Notes: generated by a model from the sequence alone, not told the origin. 64,000 bases of DNA from Nitrospirota bacterium (GCA_963845065.1 CAWJQQ010000009.1:992001-1056000), one strand, 5' to 3'. Positions 29,545 to 39,455 are shown, counted from the stretch's first letter. Numbers and translations are program-made.

Positions 29545-31611
29545 CTACAACAATTTTCCCATCTCTACTAGGACATTGTAATAGTTCTCTCTCATCCACT
29601 TGGGGTTATGGATTAAATAATTATATTTTATCTGAGAATCAAAATGATAAAGCCAGTATAAAAGGGTATATGGCACCAACAGGTCCTCAGTGCTTCCAAA
29701 GAATGATCCATACTTCCGCACAAGTGCCTTCTCTGAATCGGATAAATTATTTTTCATTAAAATATCCGTCACGGTACGACCTAGTTCCATATCCTGAAAA
29801 ATATTATATGACGATTCGATTAAATTGATCAGATCGATCAGGATAGGCCGTTGCTGCTCCGCATTATCCCAATCGATTATCCCCCGGATGGTATAATCAT
29901 TCGGATCTATCAATATATTCGCGACGCTGAAATCACCGTGTTTAAGAGCCAAGGAAAGACCGGAATCGATGAAACTGTTCTGTAGCATCGTATCAATTTT
30001 ATCGAAGGCAACCTGTACGTTTTCGCCTATGCATCTCACTCGTTCAATGACGTTTCCGATGCATCGCATATAATCAGTTTGGCCCCAGGTAGCCTGTGTA
30101 ATAGTAGCTTTATGTAAACTCACGATAAAGTCTAGCGCATTAAGCAATATCCTGTCCCGTGTTGCTACATTATTCCTCACCCGGCTGACTTGTACACCAC
30201 GCATTTTATCTTCAAGATAAATAGTCTGGCCTTCGATTACGTGCTTTCCGCATGGTCTCGGTATAAGTACTTTGATTTTTTCCGATATTGTGCTGTCATT
30301 ATGAAGAATTGACAGCATGTCATAATTTTTTCTGTTCTGAGATTCTGCAATGCCGTCAATGGCGATTTTCACGATGAATCCACGCTTTAGATCATTTTTT
30401 TCGACAAGGTCCAAAACAACATTTCCTTTCATCATGGTATGATATCTGTTTAACTCATATTTCCCGCCAAATTCGCTGGTTACCAAACTTAAAATATTTT
30501 GGACGAAATTATCAGTCTTCCCATTTTTACGGGCGACGATTCCGAAAGAAGGGCATAAATATTTACTCTTGAATAGTTTGTTCTTGATACTATCCTTTAT
30601 ACATCCCCGGCCGATTTGTTGCGAATTCTTATTATCAAAAAATAGTATTTCCTGGAATAGCCGGTGATCAGGCTTTAGAGAATAGAAATCGGATTGCTCA
30701 AAGTTGCATCGTTTTAGAATTTTTCTTAAAGTAGTATGGGAGCGGGAATAGTAACGATATCGCCCTCCACCAGTGAACAAGGAGAAGAGGTTCTCAAACA
30801 ATCGTAGCACGGGTGCAGAGGACATCAGATTTGCATTATTATCGGGAGTTTTGATGAAATGGCGGTAATTGAATCTGTTGTCTGTCGCCAAATAAAGGGT
30901 TCCATTCGTTTTAAGCATACGATTGATTTCATTTAAATAATTAACCTGGACATCCAAAGGGTCCGACGCGCTCCATGGTTCTGTCGTTGTTATTAGATCT
31001 CTTCGAAATTCGATTTCATTGTTGACTTTCAGATCTTTTACTATCAAGGGAACCTGCTCAAAGACGCCGTTAATGCAAATGAGGTCGAAAAAACCCGTTG
31101 GAAATGGCAAGTACTTTGTGTCGCCGCCAGCAATGACTTTGATATTTTTGATGCCGTTTTCCATCCATCTTCTTTGAACTAGCTCAAGGTCATGAAAAAC
31201 CGTGTCCATCACAAAAACGTTTCGAAAAGACCTGCAAAGATTTAACGACGATATGCCAGTACCGCAGCCGATAACTAACGCATTGTCTGCATGAGATAAG
31301 TCCGTTAAATATTTCCAGCCGGCTTGCATTTCAACATAAAACATCAGTGCATATTTGGCCCTGGCTTCATCAGATGACAATTTGTCGAAAACCATCTTTA
31401 CGTTCTGGTCCGATGTTATGTTGGTGCTCGTATTGGATGCCGGGTTCAACTGACTCTCGTTGTTGAGGTTCAGAGAACGGGCTGCATCTTTATTGAATAA
31501 GGGGATTTCTTGCCTGATTGGAAAATCTATTTGGCATGTAGAACAACGAAAAAATGAATTTTCGCTGTGGAGATTAAGGCCGCAAGAGGGACATCGGAAA
31601 TTCATAAGCAT
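29545..31611 (-). CDS. Fusion: Trm112-like Zn ribbon + class I SAM methyltransferase + APH-like kinase
   Basis: CPSC..CSTC; IGCGTG, LPF..GFFDLI and LKTNGTLY; HGDFSVANIL and IIDWD. Confidence 0.75.
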   Translation of the reverse strand: MLMNFRCPSCGLNLHSENSFFRCSTCQIDFPIRQEIPLFNKDAARSLNLNNESQLNPASNTSTNITSDQNVKMVFDKLSSDEARAKYALMFYVEMQAGWKYLTDLSHADNALVIGCGTGISSLNLCRSFRNVFVMDTVFHDLELVQRRWMENGIKNIKVIAGGDTKYLPFPTGFFDLICINGVFEQVPLIVKDLKVNNEIEFRRDLITTTEPWSASDPLDVQVNYLNEINRMLKTNGTLYLATDNRFNYRHFIKTPDNNANLMSSAPVLRLFENLFSLFTGGGRYRYYSRSHTTLRKILKRCNFEQSDFYSLKPDHRLFQEILFFDNKNSQQIGRGCIKDSIKNKLFKSKYLCPSFGIVARKNGKTDNFVQNILSLVTSEFGGKYELNRYHTMMKGNVVLDLVEKNDLKRGFIVKIAIDGIAESQNRKNYDMLSILHNDSTISEKIKVLIPRPCGKHVIEGQTIYLEDKMRGVQVSRVRNNVATRDRILLNALDFIVSLHKATITQATWGQTDYMRCIGNVIERVRCIGENVQVAFDKIDTMLQNSFIDSGLSLALKHGDFSVANILIDPNDYTIRGIIDWDNAEQQRPILIDLINLIESSYNIFQDMELGRTVTDILMKNNLSDSEKALVRKYGSFFGSTEDLLVPYTLLYWLYHFDSQIKYNYLIHNPKWMRENYYNVLVEMGKLL

Positions 31612-31890
31612 AAGTGGAAATAACTCCCCGATTGGTTATTTCTCCGAGGAACATGACATGCTCTCGAGCATGTCCGACCGTGCTTTCGCCATTAGATTCG
31701 GTAATTATGCCCGTTTTGGACCGATTACACCACGGACGTGAATTTTAAAATGTAGCGCAATACTTAAGCATGATACTGGCTTCACAACTACTTAACAATA
31801 AGGAATATCCTGGATGTAGCTCAGGGGCACGCCGGGATTTTCAGATTAAAGTCGTCCGTTAGATATTGGGCGAGGTTGTATATTCTGTTA

Positions 31891-31940
31891 GGAGCTCCGC
31901 TCGAGAAAACCCACATGCTTTAGCGGGGGAAAACATCCAA
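31891..31940 (+). repeat. ~50-bp IS200/IS605 right-end-like element (copy 2)
   Basis: Reverse complement aligns with 21427-21476 and 46644-46692. Confidence 0.65.
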
Positions 31941-32041
31941 ATAAAAGAGAAACTCGTAAAGCGGATTCCGGCTTGAGAAGCACACACGATGAATTTTCCG
32001 CCGTAGATAGATACCAAACCACCAGCGACAGAGTGTGATAA

Positions 32042-32070
32042 AGTATATATAAACAATTAAAACTTGTCAA
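32042..32070 (-). promoter_or_regulatory. Near-consensus sigma70 promoter
   Basis: Minus strand TTGACA-17 nt-TATACT, pointing toward 29545-31611. Confidence 0.7.
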
Positions 32071-32124
32071 TGCGTATCGGAACCACAGAGTAGCAAGCCA
32101 TTGCACAGTGGAAGGAACAGAAAA

Positions 32125-32814
32125 GTGAAGAAAAAAGAATCCGGAATAGAGTCCTTGAAACAGACCCCGCTATTTTTTACACTGACTTCCGAAGAACTAC
32201 ACCAGATACAAAAGAAAGTCCTCATTCGTAGCTTTTCTAAAAATGAAATAATTCTTCATGAACAGAACAGTAATGATTTTATGTATATCGTACTTGATGG
32301 AGAGGCCAAAGTTGTTCAGGCAACCAATGAAGGAAAGGAAATAATTATTACAGTGCATCAGGCGGGTGATTTTTTCGGTGAACTTACGATGATAGATGGT
32401 AAAACTGCACCTGCTACAGTGAGTGCTACAAAGGACTCCGTGACAGCGATAATATCAAAGAAGGATTTTTATGATTTGTTGTTCAGTCAAAACAAAGTAC
32501 TTGAAAACCTGCTTCAAATTCTATGCGCTCGAATTCGCGAATACATAAAAAAAATACAATTGCTGAATTTTAATAATGCCTCTCAGAGAATAAAGATGCT
32601 GTTCCTTATCCTTTCAGAATCCTATGGTGAAAAAACTGCAGAAGGCACTGTTTTAAAGATAAAGCTTATTCATCAGAACATTGCCGATATGACCGGATTG
32701 ACACGGGAGACCGTAACAAGAATACTTGATAGATGGCAGAAGAGCGGTGAGATACAGGTTCTCAAGAGTAAGTTTATTCTTCTCAAACCAGAATTTGAGT
32801 CAATTCCTTTCTAA
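32125..32814 (+). CDS. Crp/Fnr-family transcriptional regulator
   Basis: cNMP-binding fold (GDFFGE) and HTH HQNIADMTGLTRETVTR; no Fnr cysteine cluster. GTG start assumed. Confidence 0.9.
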   Translation: MKKKESGIESLKQTPLFFTLTSEELHQIQKKVLIRSFSKNEIILHEQNSNDFMYIVLDGEAKVVQATNEGKEIIITVHQAGDFFGELTMIDGKTAPATVSATKDSVTAIISKKDFYDLLFSQNKVLENLLQILCARIREYIKKIQLLNFNNASQRIKMLFLILSESYGEKTAEGTVLKIKLIHQNIADMTGLTRETVTRILDRWQKSGEIQVLKSKFILLKPEFESIPF

Positions 32815-33124
32815 TTCAGAATCTTACATAAAAAAAATAACATTTCCAAGTCGATTCCTGACACCTGTGATACATCTGCCCGAAAAAATACTCAATTACC
32901 GTAATCTTTATCCCACGAAACGCTTATTACTAATCCATAATACGGTCAGGTGGTTTATAGAACATGGTGCCAATCTTTTAGAAGTAAATCATTAAACTTG
33001 CTCATCCATCGAAGGTGTCAAGCTCCACAACGATAAACTTAGTTCATGGAAGATTTGATACTAAACGCTTTTCTGTAGAGTATTTGGTTTTGCCTTGATT
33101 TTTGCGAACTCCTACGCTATCCTT

Positions 33125-33447
33125 TTGGCGTGCTCCCATCGCTAAAGTACGTGGTTCCGGGATGCTGACGAAGCTGCTTTCCATAATAACAGTCCTACAG
33201 TACCTTTCCCAACGGTTGGTCGTCCCCACTATTTGGATCATCATGACTGTAAATTTTCCATAACAACAGATGTTTTACCTGTAACTTTTTTGACAAACCC
33301 CTTACTTTTGGCTACAACGAACAAAGGAGGGAACTGTTTCCCTGTCGCGAAGCATTTGTACTATGGTATAATAGCAATATACATTTGTCAACTATAAGGA
33401 ATCAGCGCTTTCATCCCACCACCGAAAGGCCTTTGGGGTCTCCCACG
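33125..33447 (-). mobile_element. Miniature degenerate IS200/IS605-type relic
   Basis: Minus strand: left-end-like ...GGGATGAAAGCG, TTGACA-17-TACCAT promoter, a VVMENL fragment, and right-end-like CTTTAGCGATGGGAGCACGCCAA. Confidence 0.5.
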
Positions 33448-33628
33448 CTGGATTCCTACCGTTGTTTCACCAACTGGGTATCTCCTGTAGTTATGGACTA
33501 CAGGGGGACAATCAATGATAACAGGGGCGGTCCAACCTTTTGATTTTTCTTCTATCTCTATTCATGCGAGATGCAGACAATAAAAATCCTCATGCAGTTG
33601 TGAAGTAGCGTATCATGGAGGCATATGT

Positions 33629-34603
33629 ATGGAATATGAGAGTATAGGTAAGAGAAATGGCAGTAAGGCAAAAATCATTCTCGCCGAAGATAACCTAACA
33701 CAGGCAAGTATTATGATAGATTATTTGGAGAATAATGGTCATAAGGTCATTCATGTAGAGGACGCAGCATCTGTTTTTTCTGCCGTCGAGAACTACAGCC
33801 CGGACGTCATTCTCCTTGCACGATATCTTTCCGGAATAGATGGCATTCATATTTGCCGAAGTTTGAAAAATAACAGTGAAACGAGCGGTATCCCCATCAT
33901 AATGCTAACCAATAAGAGCACCACATCCGACAAGGTTGTTGGTTTGAGGGCAGGTGCCGATGATTACATCCCTGAACCGTGCGATGAAGACGAATTGAGT
34001 GCTGTAATCATTGCTAGGTTGCGGACAAAATCAGAGTGGGATGATCTTAAACAAACGACCCGACAACTAAGGGAAATGCTCACTCGAGTCGAAACGCTTG
34101 CGAATGTGGATTCCTTGACGGGACTATTTAACAGGCGGCGATTTGAAACTGTAATCGACAAAGAATTCAAACGATCAATGCGATATAATGTTCCGCTGAG
34201 TTGTCTGATGTTGGATATTGATCATTTCAAAAAGGTGAACGATACATTCGGTCACACGGTGGGAGATGGAGTCCTCCTTGAAACGGTAAAGATTATTCAG
34301 AACAATATCCGCGATGTTGATACGGTTGCGCGATGGGGCGGAGAGGAATTTATCATTATGAGTCCGAATACTTCTAAAAACAATGCATTTATCGTAGCAG
34401 ATCGAATTCGGAAAAGCATGGCGGGACAATCATTCCCAAAAGTAGGCGATAAAAAAATCACTATCAGTATCGGCATTGCCGATATTCCGGACCCGGCTAT
34501 TATTACGAAGGAACAATTGATTAATGCTGCCGATCAGGCCCTGTATGATGCAAAAAAAAACGGACGAAACAGAGTCCGTTTGAATAGTTCTCCGGATCAA
34601 TAA
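33629..34603 (+). CDS. Diguanylate cyclase with degenerate receiver domain (PleD/WspR-like)
   Basis: REC fold; DSLTGLFNRR, DIDHFKKVND, RDVD I-site and GGEEF. Confidence 0.9.
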   Translation: MEYESIGKRNGSKAKIILAEDNLTQASIMIDYLENNGHKVIHVEDAASVFSAVENYSPDVILLARYLSGIDGIHICRSLKNNSETSGIPIIMLTNKSTTSDKVVGLRAGADDYIPEPCDEDELSAVIIARLRTKSEWDDLKQTTRQLREMLTRVETLANVDSLTGLFNRRRFETVIDKEFKRSMRYNVPLSCLMLDIDHFKKVNDTFGHTVGDGVLLETVKIIQNNIRDVDTVARWGGEEFIIMSPNTSKNNAFIVADRIRKSMAGQSFPKVGDKKITISIGIADIPDPAIITKEQLINAADQALYDAKKNGRNRVRLNSSPDQ

Positions 34604-34657
34604 TAGCCCCGGTTTTCTGATTTCCTTACTTCACAGCTCCTTCCAGCTACAATATCT

Positions 34658-34686
34658 TTGACAAAAGAACTGCTTAGTGGTACTAT
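34658..34686 (+). promoter_or_regulatory. sigma70 promoter of the rhlE leader
   Basis: TTGACA-17 nt-TACTAT with an extended TG. Confidence 0.65.
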
Positions 34687-34769
34687 AATCAAGCTTCTGG
34701 ACGGGGTTGGATGCAAATCCAGCCCTGCTGCCAAAATGTCTTTCTCCTGTCATGGTGGGCAGGACGGTG

Positions 34770-34807
34770 GGCTATCAGGTAGGGAATCTCTGATAGCCTT
34801 TTTGTTT
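34770..34807 (+). terminator. Intrinsic terminator within the rhlE leader (putative attenuator)
   Basis: ggctatcag / ctgatagcc 9-bp stem followed by tttttgttt. Confidence 0.75.
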
Positions 34808-34876
34808 GTGGTCATCTCCAGTGACGGGGGATCGGCTGCTATTATTTAATTCTGTTGTAGAGAAAGAAGGTAATGA

Positions 34877-36214
34877 GTGAATTTCAGTTCGTTCAAGCTT
34901 CATCCACAGATCGCTGCCGGCATCAAGGCCCAGGGTTACGATATCCCGACGCCGATACAGAAACAAGCGATCCCGCCTGTCCTTGAAGGCCATGACGTTA
35001 TGGGTCTGGCCCAGACCGGGACAGGTAAAACAGCGGCCTTTGTGCTGCCTATCCTAGAACGTCTGCTCACCGGGCCCCGCGGAAAAGTGCGGGCTCTCAT
35101 CATTGCGCCGACACGCGAACTGGCCGAGCAGATCCATGTGTCCATAGGCGGGCTGGGCAAACAGACGCAGCTTAAAAGCATCACCATCTACGGAGGCGTG
35201 AATGTAAACCCACAAATTCAGAAGCTCCGCACAGGAGTTGAGATAGTTGTGGCCTGCCCAGGTCGCCTGCTCGATCATATCAAACAAAAAACGATCGACC
35301 TCTCCCATATCGAGGTCCTTGTACTCGACGAAGCGGACCGTATGTTTGACATGGGATTCTTGCCCGATGTCCGCAGGATCATTAAGCATCTGCCCACAAA
35401 ACGCCAGACGCTCATGTTCTCGGCCACCATGGCGGAAGATATTCGTAAGCTCGCCCATGAAGTATTACATAGGCCGATCACGGTACAGGTCGGCCATACG
35501 GCGCCGGTGGATACTGTTACACACGCACTCTATCCCGTAGACCAGCACCTGAAGACAGCGCTCCTTCTAGAGCTACTGAAACAAACGGATACCGAATCGA
35601 TACTCATTTTTACGCGCACCAAACACCGGGCTAAGCGGCTGGGACAGCAACTCGATAACGCGGGATACAGAGCAGCGTCACTCCAGGGAAATCTTTCTCA
35701 GAATCGGCGACAGGCCGCACTTGACGGGTTCCGAGATGGTACTCACCAAATACTTGTTGCGACCGACATTGCTGCGCGCGGCATTGATGTCTCGTCCATT
35801 TCCCATGTCATCAACTATGACATGCCCGACACGACCGACGCCTACACGCATCGCATCGGCCGGACGGGCAGGGCAGCGAAGACAGGCGATGCGTTCACCT
35901 TCGTTACGCACGAGGACGAGCCTTTGGTCAGGAGCATCGAACGCGTGATGGGAGAGAAGATTGAGCGGCGGACGGTTAAGGGCTTTGACTATTTGAAGCC
36001 GGCCCCTGCAAAGGACAAGGAGTTCGCGCGGCCGCCGCGAGAACCGAGATTCCGTACGCCGGCTAAACCTGAACTCGGTGCAAAGTTCACTGTTTCGCGT
36101 TCGAAGACCCCGGGAGCCAGGACGGAGCATGGGTCCACTCATCGGAGCGTGTCTCCTGTCCCTCTGCATCCCGCCCCCACTAGGCGGACCTTCAAGCCTA
36201 GAACGCACCGATAA
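34877..36214 (+). CDS. rhlE: DEAD-box RNA helicase, RhlE-like
   Basis: PTPIQ, AQTGTGKT, PTRELA, DEAD, SAT, ARGID and HRIGRTGRA. Confidence 0.85.
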   Translation: MNFSSFKLHPQIAAGIKAQGYDIPTPIQKQAIPPVLEGHDVMGLAQTGTGKTAAFVLPILERLLTGPRGKVRALIIAPTRELAEQIHVSIGGLGKQTQLKSITIYGGVNVNPQIQKLRTGVEIVVACPGRLLDHIKQKTIDLSHIEVLVLDEADRMFDMGFLPDVRRIIKHLPTKRQTLMFSATMAEDIRKLAHEVLHRPITVQVGHTAPVDTVTHALYPVDQHLKTALLLELLKQTDTESILIFTRTKHRAKRLGQQLDNAGYRAASLQGNLSQNRRQAALDGFRDGTHQILVATDIAARGIDVSSISHVINYDMPDTTDAYTHRIGRTGRAAKTGDAFTFVTHEDEPLVRSIERVMGEKIERRTVKGFDYLKPAPAKDKEFARPPREPRFRTPAKPELGAKFTVSRSKTPGARTEHGSTHRSVSPVPLHPAPTRRTFKPRTHR

Positions 36215-36611
36215 TGTGGATAGGTTAATTGCAATAACGAATAACTAACAGTGAAAGTAGAAATTCTCATTCAGGAGGGATCTAACCGAGCCGATATCAA
36301 TTTGAGTAATGATAGTATGAACGAAAAATCTGCGTCATCTGTAAACATACTAAAGGCATGGAGGATATTCTCGATGCCTTTTTTGTATCCAACAGATTCC
36401 CTTCCCGCAGTTTTCCAAGTTTCAATTTCTTTTCAATATTAAGTTAATATCGTTTACATTCCTAAAAGCAGGGATATCCATTATTGCCATATTCCTACCG
36501 CTATGGCTGTGGGATTCGACGCACTGAACTCCCAAATACAGTTTGGAACAATTAATTGCATAAGGTCATCAACGAAAATAATTTTATATATATTAAATTT
36601 ACTTATAATGA

Positions 36612-36640
36612 TTGACAATAGGATTCCTCTATGCTAACTT
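36612..36640 (+). promoter_or_regulatory. Candidate sigma70 promoter of the hydrogenase operon
   Basis: TTGACA-17 nt-TAACTT with TGn extension and an AT-rich upstream tract. Confidence 0.5.
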
Positions 36641-36753
36641 TTTGGCGCAGCTTGATGAACGGAACAATTTTTTAACAAACGCTGCTTCTTTCTTAATAAT
36701 CTCAAGCCACTCCCACATATAGGATTTCAAAGTAAATTCAAAGGAGGATGCGT

Positions 36754-37863
36754 ATGAGTAAAAAAGGGGAAGTGAGTAAGCAGTTTCTTGATGCTCTCGA
36801 GTTTCGAGGTATCAAACGAAGAGATTTTTTAAAGTATTGTGGTGCAACAGCGGCGCTTCTCGGCCTTTCAGAGTTGTACGGGCCGAAAATTGCAGCGGCA
36901 TTAGAAAAGGCTTCCAAGCGCACGCCGGTCGTCTGGCTCAACTTTGCGTCCGATTCCGGGTGTACCGAGTCCTTCATCAAAGCAACATACCCAAGTCCCG
37001 CCGAAGTCATCCTTGATATTTTAAGCGTCGATTACAACGAAACCATCATGGCTGCAGCGGGCAAGCAGGCGGAAGAGATCCTGGCCAACTCTGCAAAGAC
37101 TGGCGGCTACGTTCTCATAGTCGAAGGCGGCGTTCCGACCAAGAAAGGCCACGGCATGATCGGGAACAAAGAGATGCTCGTCGTGCTGAAGGAGATGGCG
37201 GCTCCTGCCGTAGCCGTGATTGCGATCGGCAGTTGCGCGACGGACGGCGGTGTACCGGCAGCGAAGCCGAACCCCTCCCAGATTATCGGGACGGGAGAGG
37301 CGTTAATGCGGGTAGGGATCACGAAACCGCTCATCAACATGGACCTTTGCCCGGTCAACCCGCAGTATTTAGTCGGCGTAGTGGTCAATTATCTTCTTCT
37401 CGGCAAGCTTCCGGATCTGGATTCCCAAGGCCGTCCCAAGATGTTTTACGGCCAGACGATCCACGACAACTGTGAGCGGCGGGCCCATTTCGACGGAGGC
37501 AGGTTTGTCACGAAGTTCGGGAGCCAGGAAGAAGCGATGGGGTACTGTTTGTACAAGATGGGGTGCAAAGGCCCGATGACCTATTCGGCATGCCCGAAGA
37601 TCCAGTATAATAATCGGACGAGTTGGTGCATCAAGGCCGGCGGGCCGTGCATCGGCTGCGCCGAGCGAGGCTGGACGGACAAGTTTGCCGGGTTCTACGA
37701 GCCGCTTCCTGGCGTGAAGATCCCTGGCCTTGGCGGCGTTGAGGCCGGCGCGGACAAGATTGGCGCGGTCGCGGCAGTAGCCACGGCAGTCGGCATCGCA
37801 GTGCATGCGGTAGCAACTGCCGGCTCGGGCAGGACGGAAGAAAAAAAGGGAGGTAAGAAATAA
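36754..37863 (+). CDS. [NiFe]-hydrogenase group 1 small subunit (Tat signal, C-terminal TM anchor)
   Basis: KRRDFLKYC Tat motif; GSCA, HDNCERR, CLYKMGCKGP and PCIGC; TM helix with His. Confidence 0.95.
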   Translation: MSKKGEVSKQFLDALEFRGIKRRDFLKYCGATAALLGLSELYGPKIAAALEKASKRTPVVWLNFASDSGCTESFIKATYPSPAEVILDILSVDYNETIMAAAGKQAEEILANSAKTGGYVLIVEGGVPTKKGHGMIGNKEMLVVLKEMAAPAVAVIAIGSCATDGGVPAAKPNPSQIIGTGEALMRVGITKPLINMDLCPVNPQYLVGVVVNYLLLGKLPDLDSQGRPKMFYGQTIHDNCERRAHFDGGRFVTKFGSQEEAMGYCLYKMGCKGPMTYSACPKIQYNNRTSWCIKAGGPCIGCAERGWTDKFAGFYEPLPGVKIPGLGGVEAGADKIGAVAAVATAVGIAVHAVATAGSGRTEEKKGGKK

Positions 37864-39455
37864 TGGCTAGAATAACCATAGACCCGATGACAAGAATCGA
37901 AGGACATCTGCGGATCGATGTCGAGATCGAAGGCGGTAAGGTCAAGGATGCGTGGACCACGGGAACGTTGTTTCGGGGATTCGAGCTCATCCTCCAGGGC
38001 AGGGACCCGCGAGACGCCTGGCATATCACCCAGCGCATTTGCGGCGTATGCCCTACGTCCCACGGCCATGCTTCGTCCATGAGCATGGACGATGCATTCA
38101 AGGTCAGGCCGCCGGACAATGGCCGCATCATCCGGAATATCATTGAAGGCGCCCAGTTCGTCCACTCCCATATACTGTGGTTCTACCATTTAAACGCGCT
38201 GGACTACGTAGACGTGGTTTCGGCCTTAAAAGCCGAGCCCAAGGAACCGTCATTGAAAAGGGTTCAGGCCAAGTTGAAGTCCTTTGTCGAATCAGGGCAG
38301 CTTGGCCCCTTTGCGAATGGCTACTGGGGCCATCCGGCCTACAAACTGCCTCCTGACGTAAACCTTCTGGCCGTGGCGCACTACCTCGAAGCTCTCGAGA
38401 TGCAGGCAAAAGCGGCCTCGGTGAGCGCGCTTTTCGGCGGCCGGATGCCGATGACCATGACGAGCCCTCCCGGCGGGGTGACCCACGTGCCGAGCGTAGA
38501 CGACCTGAAGAACTACCTTTTCCGGGTAAAGGAGCTTCAGGACTGGATCGACAACATATTCATCACCGACCTGCTTGCCATAGCCCCGTTCTACCTGGGC
38601 GCAGCGGGTGTGGGCAAAGGATACGCGAACTTCCTTTCCTGGGGCGTATTCGAAGACGCCTCCTTCGATCCCAAGAAGAGGCTGCTACCCCGGGGCGCCA
38701 TATTTGCTTCTGACTTTCCGAAGGTTCATGATGCCAAGCCCGAGGACGTTACGGAAGACACCACGCACGGCTGGTATAAGGACGGGAAGCCGCTCAATCC
38801 GGCAGAAGGCGAGACCGAGCCCGAGTACACGGGGTATGATTCTAACAAGAAATACACCTGGGCCAAGGCCCCGCGTCTCCAGGGCAAGCCCATGGAAGTA
38901 GGGGCCCTTGCCAGGATGGTTGTGGCATACGCCTCAGGGCAGCCCACGGTCAAGAAGCTGATTGACGACACGCTTGCCAAGATAGGCCATCCGGGCCATC
39001 CGGAGGTGCTTTTCGGCATCATCGGCAGGATAGCTGGCCGGGCCCTTGAGTGCAAGATGGTCGCGGACTCGATGCACCAGTGGGGTTTGGAAGTCATCGA
39101 GAACATCAAGAAGGGGAACGCGGCGGTCTATAACGAATACACGATCCCGGACAAGGCCCAGGGAATCGGGTTGTGGGAAGCCCCCCGCGGCGCACTTGGC
39201 CACTGGATCGATGTTTCGGGGAAAAGGATCAAGAACTACCAGTGCGTGGTGCCCACGACGTGGAACGTCTGCCCGCGTGACAACAAGAATGTGCGCGGTC
39301 CGATCGAAGAGGCGCTTGTTGGGACGGCAGTGGAGAATGCGGAAAAGCCGCTTGAAATTCTGCGTGTGGTCCACTCCTTCGACCCGTGCCTTGCGTGCAC
39401 GGTGCATGTGATCCATCCTGAGTCGAATCGAATCATGGACTTCAAGGTCGCATAG
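37863..39455 (+). CDS. [NiFe]-hydrogenase group 1 large subunit
   Basis: TRIEGH; L1 QRICGVCPTSH; L2 FDPCLACTVH with a cleavable C-terminal extension. Confidence 0.97.
   Translation: MARITIDPMTRIEGHLRIDVEIEGGKVKDAWTTGTLFRGFELILQGRDPRDAWHITQRICGVCPTSHGHASSMSMDDAFKVRPPDNGRIIRNIIEGAQFVHSHILWFYHLNALDYVDVVSALKAEPKEPSLKRVQAKLKSFVESGQLGPFANGYWGHPAYKLPPDVNLLAVAHYLEALEMQAKAASVSALFGGRMPMTMTSPPGGVTHVPSVDDLKNYLFRVKELQDWIDNIFITDLLAIAPFYLGAAGVGKGYANFLSWGVFEDASFDPKKRLLPRGAIFASDFPKVHDAKPEDVTEDTTHGWYKDGKPLNPAEGETEPEYTGYDSNKKYTWAKAPRLQGKPMEVGALARMVVAYASGQPTVKKLIDDTLAKIGHPGHPEVLFGIIGRIAGRALECKMVADSMHQWGLEVIENIKKGNAAVYNEYTIPDKAQGIGLWEAPRGALGHWIDVSGKRIKNYQCVVPTTWNVCPRDNKNVRGPIEEALVGTAVENAEKPLEILRVVHSFDPCLACTVHVIHPESNRIMDFKVA

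Noticed and set aside
31990..32045. tnpA fragment on the minus strand (VVW..Y.RK-like)
   Set aside because: Similarity is too short and needs frameshifts; cannot be supported by eye.
32125..32814. Oxygen-sensing Fnr
   Set aside because: Lacks the cysteine cluster needed for an FeS centre; reported only as Crp/Fnr family.
34700..34735. tRNA 3' half or cobalamin riboswitch (gcaaatcc...cca)
   Set aside because: No cloverleaf, no TTC T-loop and no B12 box; better explained as a GNRA hairpin.
36544..36560. sigma54 promoter tggaacaattaattgca upstream of the hydrogenase
   Set aside because: GG-to-GC spacing is one base longer than the strict -24/-12 spacing.
37863..39455. Selenocysteine-containing [NiFeSe] hydrogenase
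   Set aside because: The L2 motif is DPCLAC with TGC codons, and there is no in-frame TGA.
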